Positions 20,577-28,936 of a stretch of DNA of 64,000 nucleotides are shown here, piece by piece (position 1 is the first letter of the stretch; each line of letters starts with the position of its first letter). The DNA is from Eubacteriales bacterium (lineage in GTDB: Bacteria; Bacillota; Clostridia; Oscillospirales; QAKW01): positions 4,243-68,242 of the forward strand of contig JAZQJH010000011.1 of NCBI GenBank assembly GCA_045541555.1, written 5' to 3'. A model generated the notes under the pieces. It did not search any database, was not told the DNA's origin, and worked only from the letters and a program-made list of their open reading frames with translations. The translations under genes were made by a program, and so were the position numbers.

Positions 20577-21842
20577 ATGTCTGAAAAAAATCATTGCTCA
20601 TTTTGCGGTCGAAAGTCTAAAGAGGCCAATCTGATCGAGGGAATCGACGGCTTGATTTGTACCGATTGCGTGGAGCTTTGCATGAATATTATGCTGGAAA
20701 ACGGCTATCAACCCAAGACCGCGCTCCAGCCTCAAAAACCGCAAAAGAAGCAGGATGAGGAGATCCACGTCTATAAGCCGCAGGAGATCAAGCGGTTTCT
20801 GGATGAGTACGTTATCGGCCAGGATCGCGCCAAGATCGCCCTTTCCGTGGCGGTGTATAACCATTATAAGCGGATCCTCAACCAGGATAAAGCAAAGGAT
20901 GGGGTAGAGCTCCAAAAGAGTAATATCTTATTGGTGGGTCCCACCGGTAGCGGTAAGACCTATCTGGCCAAGACGCTGGCAAAGATCTTGAACGTTCCCT
21001 TCGCCATCGCCGATGCGACGACCTTGACGGAGGCCGGCTACGTGGGCGAGGACGTGGAGAATATCCTCTTGAAGCTGTTGCAAGCCGCTGATTTTGACGT
21101 GGAGCGGGCGCAAAAGGGCATCATCTACGTAGACGAGATTGATAAGATCGCCCGCAAGAGCGAAAACGTCTCCATCACCCGGGACGTGAGCGGCGAGGGC
21201 GTTCAGCAGGCGCTTTTGAAGATCGTGGAGGGTACGGTTTCCAACGTACCGCCCCAGGGGGGCAGAAAGCACCCCAACCAGGAGTTTATCCCCATTGATA
21301 CCAGCAACATTCTCTTCATCTGCGGTGGTTCCTTTGATGGAATTCAAGGGGTCGTCACCAAGCGGATCGGGAAATCCGCGCTGGGCTTTGGTGCGGAGGT
21401 GCAGAGTAAGGAAGGTCCCTCTCTCAGCGAGATCTATCAGCAGATCGAAAGCCATGATATTGCCAAGTACGGCGTCATCCCCGAGCTGGTGGGTCGTCTG
21501 CCGGTATTGGTGGCTTTGGATGAGCTGGACGAGGCGGCAATGCTGAAGATTTTGACCGAGCCGAAGAATGCCATCGTCAAGCAATATCAAAAACTCTTTG
21601 ATTTAGATGGTGTAAAATTACACTTTACTAATGACGCCTTAGCGGCCATCGCCGAAAAGACCATCAAGCAAAAGACCGGCGCCCGGGGCTTGCGCGCCAT
21701 CATTGAGAATTCCATGATGGACGTGATGTATCGGGTCCCCTCGATGGAAAACGTTGAAGAGGTGACGGTGGATCGCGCATTCATTATGGGTGAGGGCGAT
21801 ATTAAAATTAAGAATAAAGCAGGTGAGTGCGATGAGCAGTAA
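20577..21842 (+). CDS. clpX: ATP-dependent Clp protease ATP-binding subunit
   Basis: CSFCG zinc finger, [16 protein letters not shown] and RKH loop. Confidence 0.97.
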   Translation: MSEKNHCSFCGRKSKEANLIEGIDGLICTDCVELCMNIMLENGYQPKTALQPQKPQKKQDEEIHVYKPQEIKRFLDEYVIGQDRAKIALSVAVYNHYKRILNQDKAKDGVELQKSNILLVGPTGSGKTYLAKTLAKILNVPFAIADATTLTEAGYVGEDVENILLKLLQAADFDVERAQKGIIYVDEIDKIARKSENVSITRDVSGEGVQQALLKIVEGTVSNVPPQGGRKHPNQEFIPIDTSNILFICGGSFDGIQGVVTKRIGKSALGFGAEVQSKEGPSLSEIYQQIESHDIAKYGVIPELVGRLPVLVALDELDEAAMLKILTEPKNAIVKQYQKLFDLDGVKLHFTNDALAAIAEKTIKQKTGARGLRAIIENSMMDVMYRVPSMENVEEVTVDRAFIMGEGDIKIKNKAGECDEQ

Positions 21843-22407
21843 TTTTTTCTCGATGCTTTTTCGTATGAAATATATCAACCGCTGGGCGCTGATGCGGAAT
21901 TCCCGCAATGAGACGCTGACGGAGCATACCCTGGAGGTGGCGGTATTGGCGCACGCGCTGGCCACCCTGGGGAACGAGCGGTGTAATCGGCAGTATGATG
22001 CGGATCGCGCGGCAGTACTGGGGCTTTTTCATGATGCCCATGAGATTTTGACCGGTGATATGCCGACACCTGTAAAGTATCAAAACTTTACAATCGAAAC
22101 CGCCTTCAAAGGGGTGGAAGCATCAGCCAATGAGACCCTTCTTTCCATGCTGCCGGAGGATTTAAGAGATACTTACGCCCCCTTGGTGGAGGAAAAGGAC
22201 GAAGAACTGAAGCCTTTGGTCAAAGCGGCGGATAAGCTCTCTGCTTTGATCAAATGTATCGAGGAGCGGAAGGCCGGTAATCTGGAATTCCGTATCGCGG
22301 AGCAGTCCACCCGGGAATCCTTGGAGCGGATGGCGCTTCCGGAACTCCGGATCTTTTTGGATGAATTCATGCCGGCGTTTGAGCTGACTTTAGACGAAAT
22401 GAGATAA
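21832..22407 (+). CDS. yfbR: HD-domain 5'-deoxynucleotidase
   Basis: RW.LMRN...[14 protein letters not shown] and ADKLSA motifs. Confidence 0.88.
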   Translation: MSSNFFSMLFRMKYINRWALMRNSRNETLTEHTLEVAVLAHALATLGNERCNRQYDADRAAVLGLFHDAHEILTGDMPTPVKYQNFTIETAFKGVEASANETLLSMLPEDLRDTYAPLVEEKDEELKPLVKAADKLSALIKCIEERKAGNLEFRIAEQSTRESLERMALPELRIFLDEFMPAFELTLDEMR

Positions 22408-22413
22408 CTTTAC

Positions 22414-22451
22414 AAAAAAATAAGACAGTCTTTCGACTGTCTTATTTTTTT
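22414..22451. terminator. Bidirectional terminator (the original tRNA-Val terminator, displaced by the prophage)
   Basis: AAAAAAATAAGACAGTC-TTTC-GACTGTCTTATTTTTTT abutting the att repeat. Confidence 0.85.
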
Positions 22452-22495
22452 GGTGGGAGTTAACGGGCTCGAACCGCTGACCCTCTGCTTGTAAG
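22451..22495 (-). repeat. Prophage att site (duplicated 3' half of tRNA-Val)
   Basis: TGGTGGGAGTTAACGGGCTCGAACCGCTGACCCTCTGCTTGTAAG is identical to 59889-59933. Confidence 0.97.
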
Positions 22496-22552
22496 ACAGA
22501 CATGAAAAAACGGCTGAATTGGCGTTGTAAAGCCAAAAACGGCGCATTTGAA

Positions 22553-22591
22553 ATCTATTTGTGTGTCATTTGTGTGACAAAATGGACTAAA
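22553..22591. promoter_or_regulatory. Integrase arm-type binding repeats (left)
   Basis: TCTATTTGTGTGTCATTTGTGTGACAA; CATTTGTGTGACAA (22567-22580) recurs exactly at 59749-59762. Confidence 0.65.
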
Positions 22592-23680
22592 TTACAGCTT
22601 TTTTACTCTTTCTGCCCCGGCGTTGAACATTTTTTCTGTTACGTGCTGGTAAATGTTGGCGGTGACGGAAATGTTGGAGTGACCCATGAAATATTGGGCG
22701 GTTTTGATATCCACGCCGTTCTCGGCCAGCATAGAACAATAGGTGTGCCGGAGGTAGTACGGGGTGATACTCCGATCCAGAACCGAAGTGTCCGGCAGGA
22801 TCTTATTGCGGTAGGTCTTGGCGCCCATTTCGAGATCCATGCGATTGAGCAGGGATTGCCAGGCTCTTTTATAATTGGAGCTGGCGAGGAGCCTTCCGGA
22901 TTGGTCGCCTTTGAAAAGATAACCGGAGCCTTTCTTGGGGAGCTTCTTGAAAAGCTCGTCCGGGATCGGAACGGTACGGTAGCCGCTTTTGGTTTTTGGG
23001 CTTTTGATCTCGCCGGTGCGGTCTTCCAGGGCTTTATTGACGGTGACGGTTTTTGCGTCATAGTCAATATCGGCAAAGGTGAGGGCGCGAACCTCTCCGG
23101 GTCGGAGTCCGCAGTAGTAAATGAATTGGAAGATCAATCCATGCTTTTGCTGATCGGCGGCGATGAGAAAGATCCTACGTTCTTCCTCGGTCAAGGCGCG
23201 GCGCTCTTTTGTTTCGGCATCCGGCAGGAACAGTCTTTTACAAGGGTTCTTCGGAACCAATGCTTCATCCTCTGCCGCATCGAAGAAGGCGGTCAGCTCT
23301 CCTTTGAGTTTCAAGAGAAAGCTTTTGCTTTTATCCGATTGGTCATTAAGGAGTTTTTGCAGCATGGGGGTGGTGATGGCAGACAGTTCATAACTGCCAA
23401 AGGGTTCCACCAGGTATCGGCGGAGCCGTGCTTCTTTGTCGTGCCGGGCACCTTCACGTAGGGTGGGACGGACGTAGTATTGCATATACCGCCCGAAGAA
23501 GTTTGCCACGGTGGCGGTCTTGGCGAAGCGGAAATCATTCTTTGCCAGTTCCATCAGTTTATCCCGGTACTTTTGTTCCAGCTCCTTGGGGGTGGCGGCC
23601 GAGACGGTGACCCGGTGTCGCTTTCCATCGTCGGAGGGGAGGTCGATATATTTACGTAGCAGTTTTTGCACGGTAGACAT
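22592..23680 (-). CDS. int: Tyrosine recombinase / phage integrase
   Basis: GLRPGE (R), PKT (K), YYLRHT, GHSNISVTANIY (H, Y); RBS AAAGGAGGTG; next to att. Confidence 0.95.
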   Translation of the reverse strand: MSTVQKLLRKYIDLPSDDGKRHRVTVSAATPKELEQKYRDKLMELAKNDFRFAKTATVANFFGRYMQYYVRPTLREGARHDKEARLRRYLVEPFGSYELSAITTPMLQKLLNDQSDKSKSFLLKLKGELTAFFDAAEDEALVPKNPCKRLFLPDAETKERRALTEEERRIFLIAADQQKHGLIFQFIYYCGLRPGEVRALTFADIDYDAKTVTVNKALEDRTGEIKSPKTKSGYRTVPIPDELFKKLPKKGSGYLFKGDQSGRLLASSNYKRAWQSLLNRMDLEMGAKTYRNKILPDTSVLDRSITPYYLRHTYCSMLAENGVDIKTAQYFMGHSNISVTANIYQHVTEKMFNAGAERVKKL

Positions 23681-23706
23681 TATTTTCACCTCCTTTCAAA
23701 TATTTC

Positions 23707-23817
23707 TTGCAAAACTAAAGGTGATATTGTAAAATATAGATGGGCGGAGCATTGTCCCACGCTTTGCCCTTCATGCCCCTTAGCACCCGATCGAAAGGTC
23801 GGGTGCTTTTTTATTTT
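23707..23817 (+). ncRNA. Candidate ~75-nt two-hairpin sRNA with its own promoter, antisense to the int upstream region
   Basis: TTGCAA-17-TAAAAT (23707-23735); hairpin 23742-23769; GAAA-capped terminator 23782-23812. Confidence 0.55.
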
Positions 23818-24526
23818 ATGGATTACAGTGCGCGCAGGGGTGGCGGCCGAGTTGCTCGGCGTCCATGCGCATGAGTTGGGTGGCTGTGTGACTGCCGGTG
23901 ATGGTGCCGCAGAACTGACGGTGGTAGGCATCGCCTTCGGCGGTGATCCAGACGGGATCCTCCGGGAAGACGGTGACGGCGTCCATACTTTGAGCGGGTG
24001 GCTCTTCTGCTTGGGGTGTTGCATCGACGACCGGGTCCTGCTCGGCAACGGAATCCGACGACCGGGAGGGTAAAAAGAAAACCCCGGCGGTCAGGATGGT
24101 GATGGTAAGTAGGGTGGTGATGAATTTCAGGGCTTTGAGCCGGGGGTAAAAGCGTTGGGCTTTTACTTCTTTTTGGATTGGGGTCTGATCTGTGAAATTG
24201 ACGGTGTTTAGGTGGCTATACCAAATGTGGGCCTCTTCGTGAAATAAGAGCTCTAATTGATCGTTGGTGCTGAGGTTCTTTCTGATAAAGACGGCCTTGA
24301 TAACATCGTTATTGACAACAAAACCGGATTCACGCCGGGCGAGATCTTCACAGCCTAATTTAGTGATCAGCTTGGTGATCTGTGAGTCGGTTTCTTCCAA
24401 TCGGAAGCGGTGGATGCGGAAGCCATGAGATTTAATCACGGCTTCAATGTTTCTTACCTTTCGGAGAGATCGAAAAGCAAAGTACCTCAAATAGAAATTC
24501 AACAGTTTCATGGGAAATACCTCCAT
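23816..24526 (-). CDS. ImmA/IrrE-like HExxH metallopeptidase fused to a TM helix and a C-terminal YH-C...CxxC domain
   Basis: LFHEEAH, downstream KEVKA, TM FITTLLTITILTAGVFFL, C-terminal VWIT..G..YH...C...HPCAHC. Confidence 0.7.
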   Translation of the reverse strand: MEVFPMKLLNFYLRYFAFRSLRKVRNIEAVIKSHGFRIHRFRLEETDSQITKLITKLGCEDLARRESGFVVNNDVIKAVFIRKNLSTNDQLELLFHEEAHIWYSHLNTVNFTDQTPIQKEVKAQRFYPRLKALKFITTLLTITILTAGVFFLPSRSSDSVAEQDPVVDATPQAEEPPAQSMDAVTVFPEDPVWITAEGDAYHRQFCGTITGSHTATQLMRMDAEQLGRHPCAHCNP

Positions 24527-24588
24527 AAATAAATTTGGTATTTATAGAGTATAACAATTTCCGACAAAAAACTATTACCGTCTTATTT

Positions 24589-24942
24589 TTAGGCACTAAA
24601 AAAGGAAATGATTCCTAAAATTCCACCGATCGTGCCGATGGTGTTACCAATGACTTCGATGGATGATGTAATTCGGTTGGTGCGGTTTTGTTTAATCAAT
24701 TCGGCAATGTCAATCCCCGTATCGGTGATTTTGTATTGATCGGGAGTAGATAGCGTCATGTGTCCATCTTTCATTTCAATGGACATATCCGGAAGTGCCT
24801 CCAAATATTCCTTTTCAACCAAAGATGAAATGATGGTCGGGTCGAACTGCCGTTTGATTTTTGGGAATTCATTTATGTCAATGAATTTTTCTTGATGCTT
24901 ATAGTAGAAAAGAAGGATCTTCTTTTGTGTCTTACTAACCAT
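24589..24942 (-). CDS. Phage hypothetical protein with a C-terminal TM helix
   Basis: RBS GGAGGT; YKITDTG winged-helix-like wing, then a hydrophobic C-terminus. Confidence 0.6.
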   Translation of the reverse strand: MVSKTQKKILLFYYKHQEKFIDINEFPKIKRQFDPTIISSLVEKEYLEALPDMSIEMKDGHMTLSTPDQYKITDTGIDIAELIKQNRTNRITSSIEVIGNTIGTIGGILGIISFFSA

Positions 24943-25037
24943 GGAAACCTCCGGTGAAACTTGACGTTATTTATAAAATAGTGTATAATATTTTTGGGGT
25001 TTCTAACGTTTATTTTGAACTTGAGGAGGGAAAAGCA

Positions 25038-25148
25038 ATGTATACCAAAAAAGAACTGTATTTATTAATTACCTCATCGCTTAATATTGTTGCAATGCTT
25101 GTAAACGTTACGTTGTGTGTATTGCGCCTGTGTGGGGTATTCTGCTGA
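25038..25148 (+). CDS. 36-aa hydrophobic peptide with its own promoter and terminator
   Basis: TTGACG-17-TATAAT (24961-24989); RBS GAGGAGG; MYTKKELYLLITSSLNIVAMLVNVTLCVLRLCGVFC; terminator at 25167-25194. Confidence 0.6.
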   Translation: MYTKKELYLLITSSLNIVAMLVNVTLCVLRLCGVFC

Positions 25149-25192
25149 TATAGGTTGAATTTTGTGAGTAACCGGAAACGGTTACTCTTTTT

Positions 25193-25936
25193 TTATTCAT
25201 CATCAATATTAGCATCAATGGAGGCCAGCTCCTCGTTTGAGGCGTTGGTCTTTATTTTGTTATTGCTGCCGGTAAAGGCTGCAACCTGAGCGGGGGAGTC
25301 CTGGTGAACCATACGGAGGGCAGGGCCGCCAAAAGCTAATAATTCCGCATCTTTTTGAGATTGTGGCAAAGGAAAGGCTCGTGCATTCATAACGATAAGT
25401 GATTGGCTGCCTTCGTTTTTTCGAACAGATATAATAGTTGGAGGGAGTTTGATATATTCAATTCTATACCATGATGTACTCCACACAGGGTGCTTTGGTA
25501 CTTCTTTTTCATAGATATAGGCATAGGCTTCAAATAAATCGTAAATCGTAAACGACTCTTTGCAGTTAAAGAAAATTTTATCGTGAATAGCGGCATTTTT
25601 CATGAAAGTTGCTTGAGCTTGACCGATGAATATCATTCCGTTTTGGTATAACTCAATGAAATATCTATAAACTTCATAATTTTCGCCATGTGCTGCCATA
25701 GCAAAATCGAATACGTTGATTTTTTTGTCTGCTTGGTCATTGCCAAGTAAATAGTCAACGCTTACATTGAAATAATTTGCTATAGCAATTTTTATATCGT
25801 CACTTGGAACACGCTTGCCGGTTTCGTATTGCGATAGAGTGGAATTTGCAATATTCAGTTTTTTCGATAACTCTATTTGATCCATCCCGTGGGCTTCGCG
25901 TAATAGTTTAAGCCTGTGACCGAGTACAGATGCCAT
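25193..25936 (-). CDS. CI-like XRE-family repressor
   Basis: N-terminal HTH (LKLLRE...QIELSKKLNIANSTLSQYETGKRVP...VSVDYLLG); divergent from Cro. Confidence 0.88.
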   Translation of the reverse strand: MASVLGHRLKLLREAHGMDQIELSKKLNIANSTLSQYETGKRVPSDDIKIAIANYFNVSVDYLLGNDQADKKINVFDFAMAAHGENYEVYRYFIELYQNGMIFIGQAQATFMKNAAIHDKIFFNCKESFTIYDLFEAYAYIYEKEVPKHPVWSTSWYRIEYIKLPPTIISVRKNEGSQSLIVMNARAFPLPQSQKDAELLAFGGPALRMVHQDSPAQVAAFTGSNNKIKTNASNEELASIDANIDDE

Positions 25937-25953
25937 TTATTAAACACCAACCT

Positions 25954-26084
25954 TTCTCAATTTGAGAAAATTATATCATATAATTTGCGCTTTGAAAATA
26001 TAATTTCACAAAAAGACAAACTTTTGCTTGACAACAGTTGGTTTTGGGTATATAATGCAGTTGAGATTTGCTAAGTGTGAAATC
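25954..26084 (+). promoter_or_regulatory. Lysis/lysogeny switch: rightward promoter and operator-like palindromes
   Basis: TTGACA(26028)-17-TATAAT(26051); TTTCTCAATTTGAGAAA and ATTTGCTAAGTGTGAAAT, with a related inverted copy near 26295-26311. Confidence 0.75.
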
Positions 26085-26101
26085 AAGAGGGGGGTGATAT
26101 A

Positions 26102-26317
26102 ATGGCTAAAAATTCATTGGAAACACTTCGGCGTAAAAAAGGTTTTTCTCAACAAGGGATGGCCAATAGGGTGGGAATCGCAACATCTACTTATTGTCAG
26201 TATGAAACTGGGTCACGAAATGTACCCGCTGAAATTGCTCAAAAGATCAGCGAAATTTTAGAAGTAGAAGTAACTCAAATTTTTTTACCAAACAAATTCA
26301 CAGTTAGCAAAACGTGA
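26102..26317 (+). CDS. Cro-like XRE HTH regulator
   Basis: LRRKKGFSQQGMANRVGIATSTYCQYETGSR. Confidence 0.88.
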   Translation: MAKNSLETLRRKKGFSQQGMANRVGIATSTYCQYETGSRNVPAEIAQKISEILEVEVTQIFLPNKFTVSKT

Positions 26318-26344
26318 TTTTGTAAAGAAAAGAGGTGAATTTCA

Positions 26345-26554
26345 ATGGTCGGGTGTAAAGATTTGAAAAAAATGTTGAAAGAAAAAGGCATTTCCTATAG
26401 AAAATTGAGCACTGCTACTGGAATTCCTTTGACAACGTTAAATATGAAAATCCAAAAGAGGTATGCGTTTACTGTTGATGAAATGCTTTTAATTTGTGAG
26501 GCGCTGGATGCAGATCCAAGGAAGGAACTATATCGGTTTACCCAAAAAAAATAA
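26345..26554 (+). CDS. XRE HTH protein
   Basis: LKKMLKEKGISYRKLSTATGIPLTTLNMKI...FTVDEM. Confidence 0.8.
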   Translation: MVGCKDLKKMLKEKGISYRKLSTATGIPLTTLNMKIQKRYAFTVDEMLLICEALDADPRKELYRFTQKK

Positions 26555-26914
26555 TATCCGCAGTTGCGTTGCGGATATTATTTTCCAAATTTTGTTTACC
26601 TGAAACTTGCTGCAGTCGTTGAAAACAATCGTTACCCATTTTAGGGCCGATCGCTGTCACACGCAAATTCAAAGATGGTTGCGACTCCACCATTAGTAAG
26701 CAGGGCGTTTCCGTCTTTTCATCGACGCAGATTACGCAACAACCTGCTTCTTTGCAAGCCGCCTCACTTGGGCTGTTTTGGATCAGCCGTAAGGTTGCCA
26801 CGCATCAGCATTTACATTCAGGAACAGGCAAGGTCAAAAGTTTGGTCAAGGCGACCACGCTCCTTTCTTGCCTAATGGCATTTATATTGTAGCCGATTTT
26901 GGGCACAAAGTCAA
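26545..26914 (-). ncRNA. Candidate ~330-nt structured leftward RNA with a 14-aa leader ORF
   Basis: TTGACT-17-TACAAT (26914-26886); RBS AGAAAGGAG plus TTG ORF 26849-26805; several short stems; ends at terminator 26547-26584. Confidence 0.45.
26547..26584. terminator. Bidirectional terminator
   Basis: AAAATAATATCCGCA-GTTGCGT-TGCGGATATTATTTT, a perfect 15-bp stem. Confidence 0.85.
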
Positions 26915-26937
26915 CAAAAAAGAAGGTGAGAAAAGCA

Positions 26938-27129
26938 ATGAGTATTTCCGAAAATATTAGAACAATCCGCAAGGAAAGCGGTATGTCACAAGCTGAGGTT
27001 GGTGCCAAATTGGGCATCACTGGTTCTATGATCAATCAGATCGAGCGAGGTACCAAGACGCCTTCGCTGGCGTTAAGCAAGGAACTGGCAGACATCTTTG
27101 GGTGCAAAGTGGAGGATTTTTTGAAATGA
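26938..27129 (+). CDS. XRE HTH protein
   Basis: IRTIRKESGMSQAEVGAKLGITGSMINQIERGTKTPS. Confidence 0.85.
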   Translation: MSISENIRTIRKESGMSQAEVGAKLGITGSMINQIERGTKTPSLALSKELADIFGCKVEDFLK

Positions 27130-27551
27130 CGAGAAAAGAAAGCGGTCCCTGTATCTATGCGATAAGATGTAAAAATACAGGGAAACTATTCATTTGCGGA
27201 AGCGTTAATCCGGAACAAGCAATAACAAGCTTTTTTATGGATTTGAAAAGGGGTCGTAAGATGTGGGTGGTAGATGGACGCAGAGTGAATTCGCCAATAC
27301 AAGATGATTATAACAAATTCGGAGAAGATGCGTTCGAAGTATACATTTTGGAAGAAAAAATGTTCGATTCGGCGATGCGTAGAGAAAGAAAAAAACACTG
27401 GATTAATGAATATAAAGCAAACGATCCTCGATTTGGATACAATGAGACAAAATTTGAGAAAAAACTGGCAGTGAGTTTTGTCTGTGGATTGCCACCTAAA
27501 AAGTGTGAAAATATGGAATGGAGGTCATCAAATGTTGAGGATGCTGAATAA
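27126..27551 (+). CDS. GIY-YIG-fold protein (degenerate active site)
   Basis: CIYAIRCKNTGKLFICGS...QDDYNKFGEDAFEVYILE...WINEY...GYN. Confidence 0.7.
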   Translation: MTRKESGPCIYAIRCKNTGKLFICGSVNPEQAITSFFMDLKRGRKMWVVDGRRVNSPIQDDYNKFGEDAFEVYILEEKMFDSAMRRERKKHWINEYKANDPRFGYNETKFEKKLAVSFVCGLPPKKCENMEWRSSNVEDAE

Positions 27552-27786
27552 GAAAAAGGCAACAGAATTGTCCATATGTGCGGTGTGCTGCGATAATTAC
27601 CACAATTGTAGATATGGACAGTATTATGAATGGAGTTCATGTGAAGGTTGCAAGATTGAAATTGAAGATATTCTTGCGGCTATTGAGCGGGGGGATCTAA
27701 AAATCCGCCGGTCTATTATCCGTAAGGTAAAGCGTGGACACCGAAAATGGTATAAAAAAAATCTCAGCCCGGACAGTGTGGGCTGA
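27532..27786 (+). CDS. Cys-rich phage hypothetical protein
   Basis: RBS GGAGGT; CxxCC...C...CxxC. Confidence 0.55.
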   Translation: MLRMLNKKKATELSICAVCCDNYHNCRYGQYYEWSSCEGCKIEIEDILAAIERGDLKIRRSIIRKVKRGHRKWYKKNLSPDSVG

Positions 27787-27796
27787 GATGGGTGGT

Positions 27797-28009
27797 TTAC
27801 AGCATTGGTACTGCGTAAACCTTTTCAGGAGCGCCGGGGGCTTTTGCGTATTCAATGTGGCCGGCTTTCCTTATGCGGTCGCAGATAATGGGGATCTCTG
27901 CTTGGGGAATTTCGAGATCCTTTGCGACCCTGTAGATGTCAACAGGTTTCTTTTTGAGATCATATTTACGCTTGATCTCAAAAAGAACCTTTTGATCACG
28001 TTCATTCAT
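27797..28009 (-). CDS. Small winged-helix-like phage protein (leftward)
   Basis: RBS AAAGGAG; IYRVAKDLEIPQAEIPIICDRIRKAGHI; hairpin 27760-27789 at its 3' end. Confidence 0.6.
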   Translation of the reverse strand: MNERDQKVLFEIKRKYDLKKKPVDIYRVAKDLEIPQAEIPIICDRIRKAGHIEYAKAPGAPEKVYAVPML

Positions 28010-28237
28010 GGGCTTGGCTCCTTTCTTTTGATTTCAAAGATCTTTGTGAATATATTTTAGCATATGTTTATATATTTGCAAGGAAAAATATTTGTTAACT
28101 ATAGTAACATTGCAAAAGTAAACATTTTAATTGAAAATTCAGACCATTTAGACCGTTTAGACCATTTTGGAAATGTTTTTGAATTTTTGAGTTTTGAAAA
28201 GATGATTGCTTTTGCAATGTTGAAAGGAGGTGCTGGA

Positions 28238-28420
28238 ATGGATAGAGAGAAACTGGAATGTCACGCATCTGTAATTCGAGGACTGTTGAGTTATCACGAT
28301 CGCATGACGAATCCGATGAAGGCGATAAACGAAAACCCCTCTATAAACCTCGGAATTGACGTTTATAGAGAGGCGTTAGTTTATTCGTTAGAGCTGATCG
28401 AAGAGAAGCTAAAAGGTTGA
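28238..28420 (+). CDS. Phage hypothetical protein
   Basis: Strong RBS AAAGGAGGTG before ATG 28238. Confidence 0.55.
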   Translation: MDREKLECHASVIRGLLSYHDRMTNPMKAINENPSINLGIDVYREALVYSLELIEEKLKG

Positions 28421-28597
28421 CTCTTTCTTGTGCTCATATTTATCGTATATCTGTTTGTGGCAGTTTTTGCAGGTTTCACTACCGGTTACCTGATCGTCGC
28501 AACCGTTTGGAAAAAAGTGTTCTTCATTTGTGTACACATAGAACGGTTTCTTACAATTGTATAAAGGACAAAGAATTTCAATTTTAAAGTAACGCAT
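28409..28597 (-). CDS. Small Cys-rich (zinc-binding-like) protein, leftward
   Basis: RBS AAGGAGAG; CP...C, NGCD, CxxC. Confidence 0.6.
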   Translation of the reverse strand: MRYFKIEILCPLYNCKKPFYVYTNEEHFFPNGCDDQVTGSETCKNCHKQIYDKYEHKKESTF

Positions 28598-28609
28598 ATT
28601 CTCTCCTTT

Positions 28610-28936
28610 TTACTTTTTGGCGAGGATGTGTAGGAGCATGGATCCGGAACAAACAAACCATAAAATGAGAGCGCTGAGCTTCCCCCATTCGTTTGTTGCT
28701 GAGAGTGTTCCGACGAGCAATAGGGCAAGGAATGTGAACAGCAATCCAAGCACGATTCCGATTAGATGGACAAGTAGCCGTTCAAATTCGTGATTCTTTA
28801 TTGGAAGATGGATGTGTTTTGCGGTCAATAAGAAGAAAAAGACGATGATAATCAAAAAGGCATTTGTAAATACGCCGAGTGTTTCAAGCGCGTGGAGGAT
28901 AAGTTCGGAAAGATTAACGTTAGGTTCGGTTGGCAT
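28610..28936 (-). CDS. Three-TM membrane protein, leftward moron
   Basis: Three hydrophobic segments; RBS AAGGAG; promoter TTGCCT-17-TATTCT at 28992-28964. Confidence 0.7.
   Translation of the reverse strand: MPTEPNVNLSELILHALETLGVFTNAFLIIIVFFFLLTAKHIHLPIKNHEFERLLVHLIGIVLGLLFTFLALLLVGTLSATNEWGKLSALILWFVCSGSMLLHILAKK

Noticed and set aside
22451-22500. Second tRNA-Val gene
   Set aside because: Only the 3' ~45 nt are present (no D-arm or 5' acceptor strand); it is the att duplicate
22502-23461. 319-aa plus-strand ORF overlapping the integrase
   Set aside because: Antisense shadow of int with no RBS or recognisable motif
26700-26810. Hammerhead ribozyme in the leftward structured RNA
   Set aside because: CTGATG and GAAAC-like words occur, but the CUGANGA core with correctly arranged stems is absent
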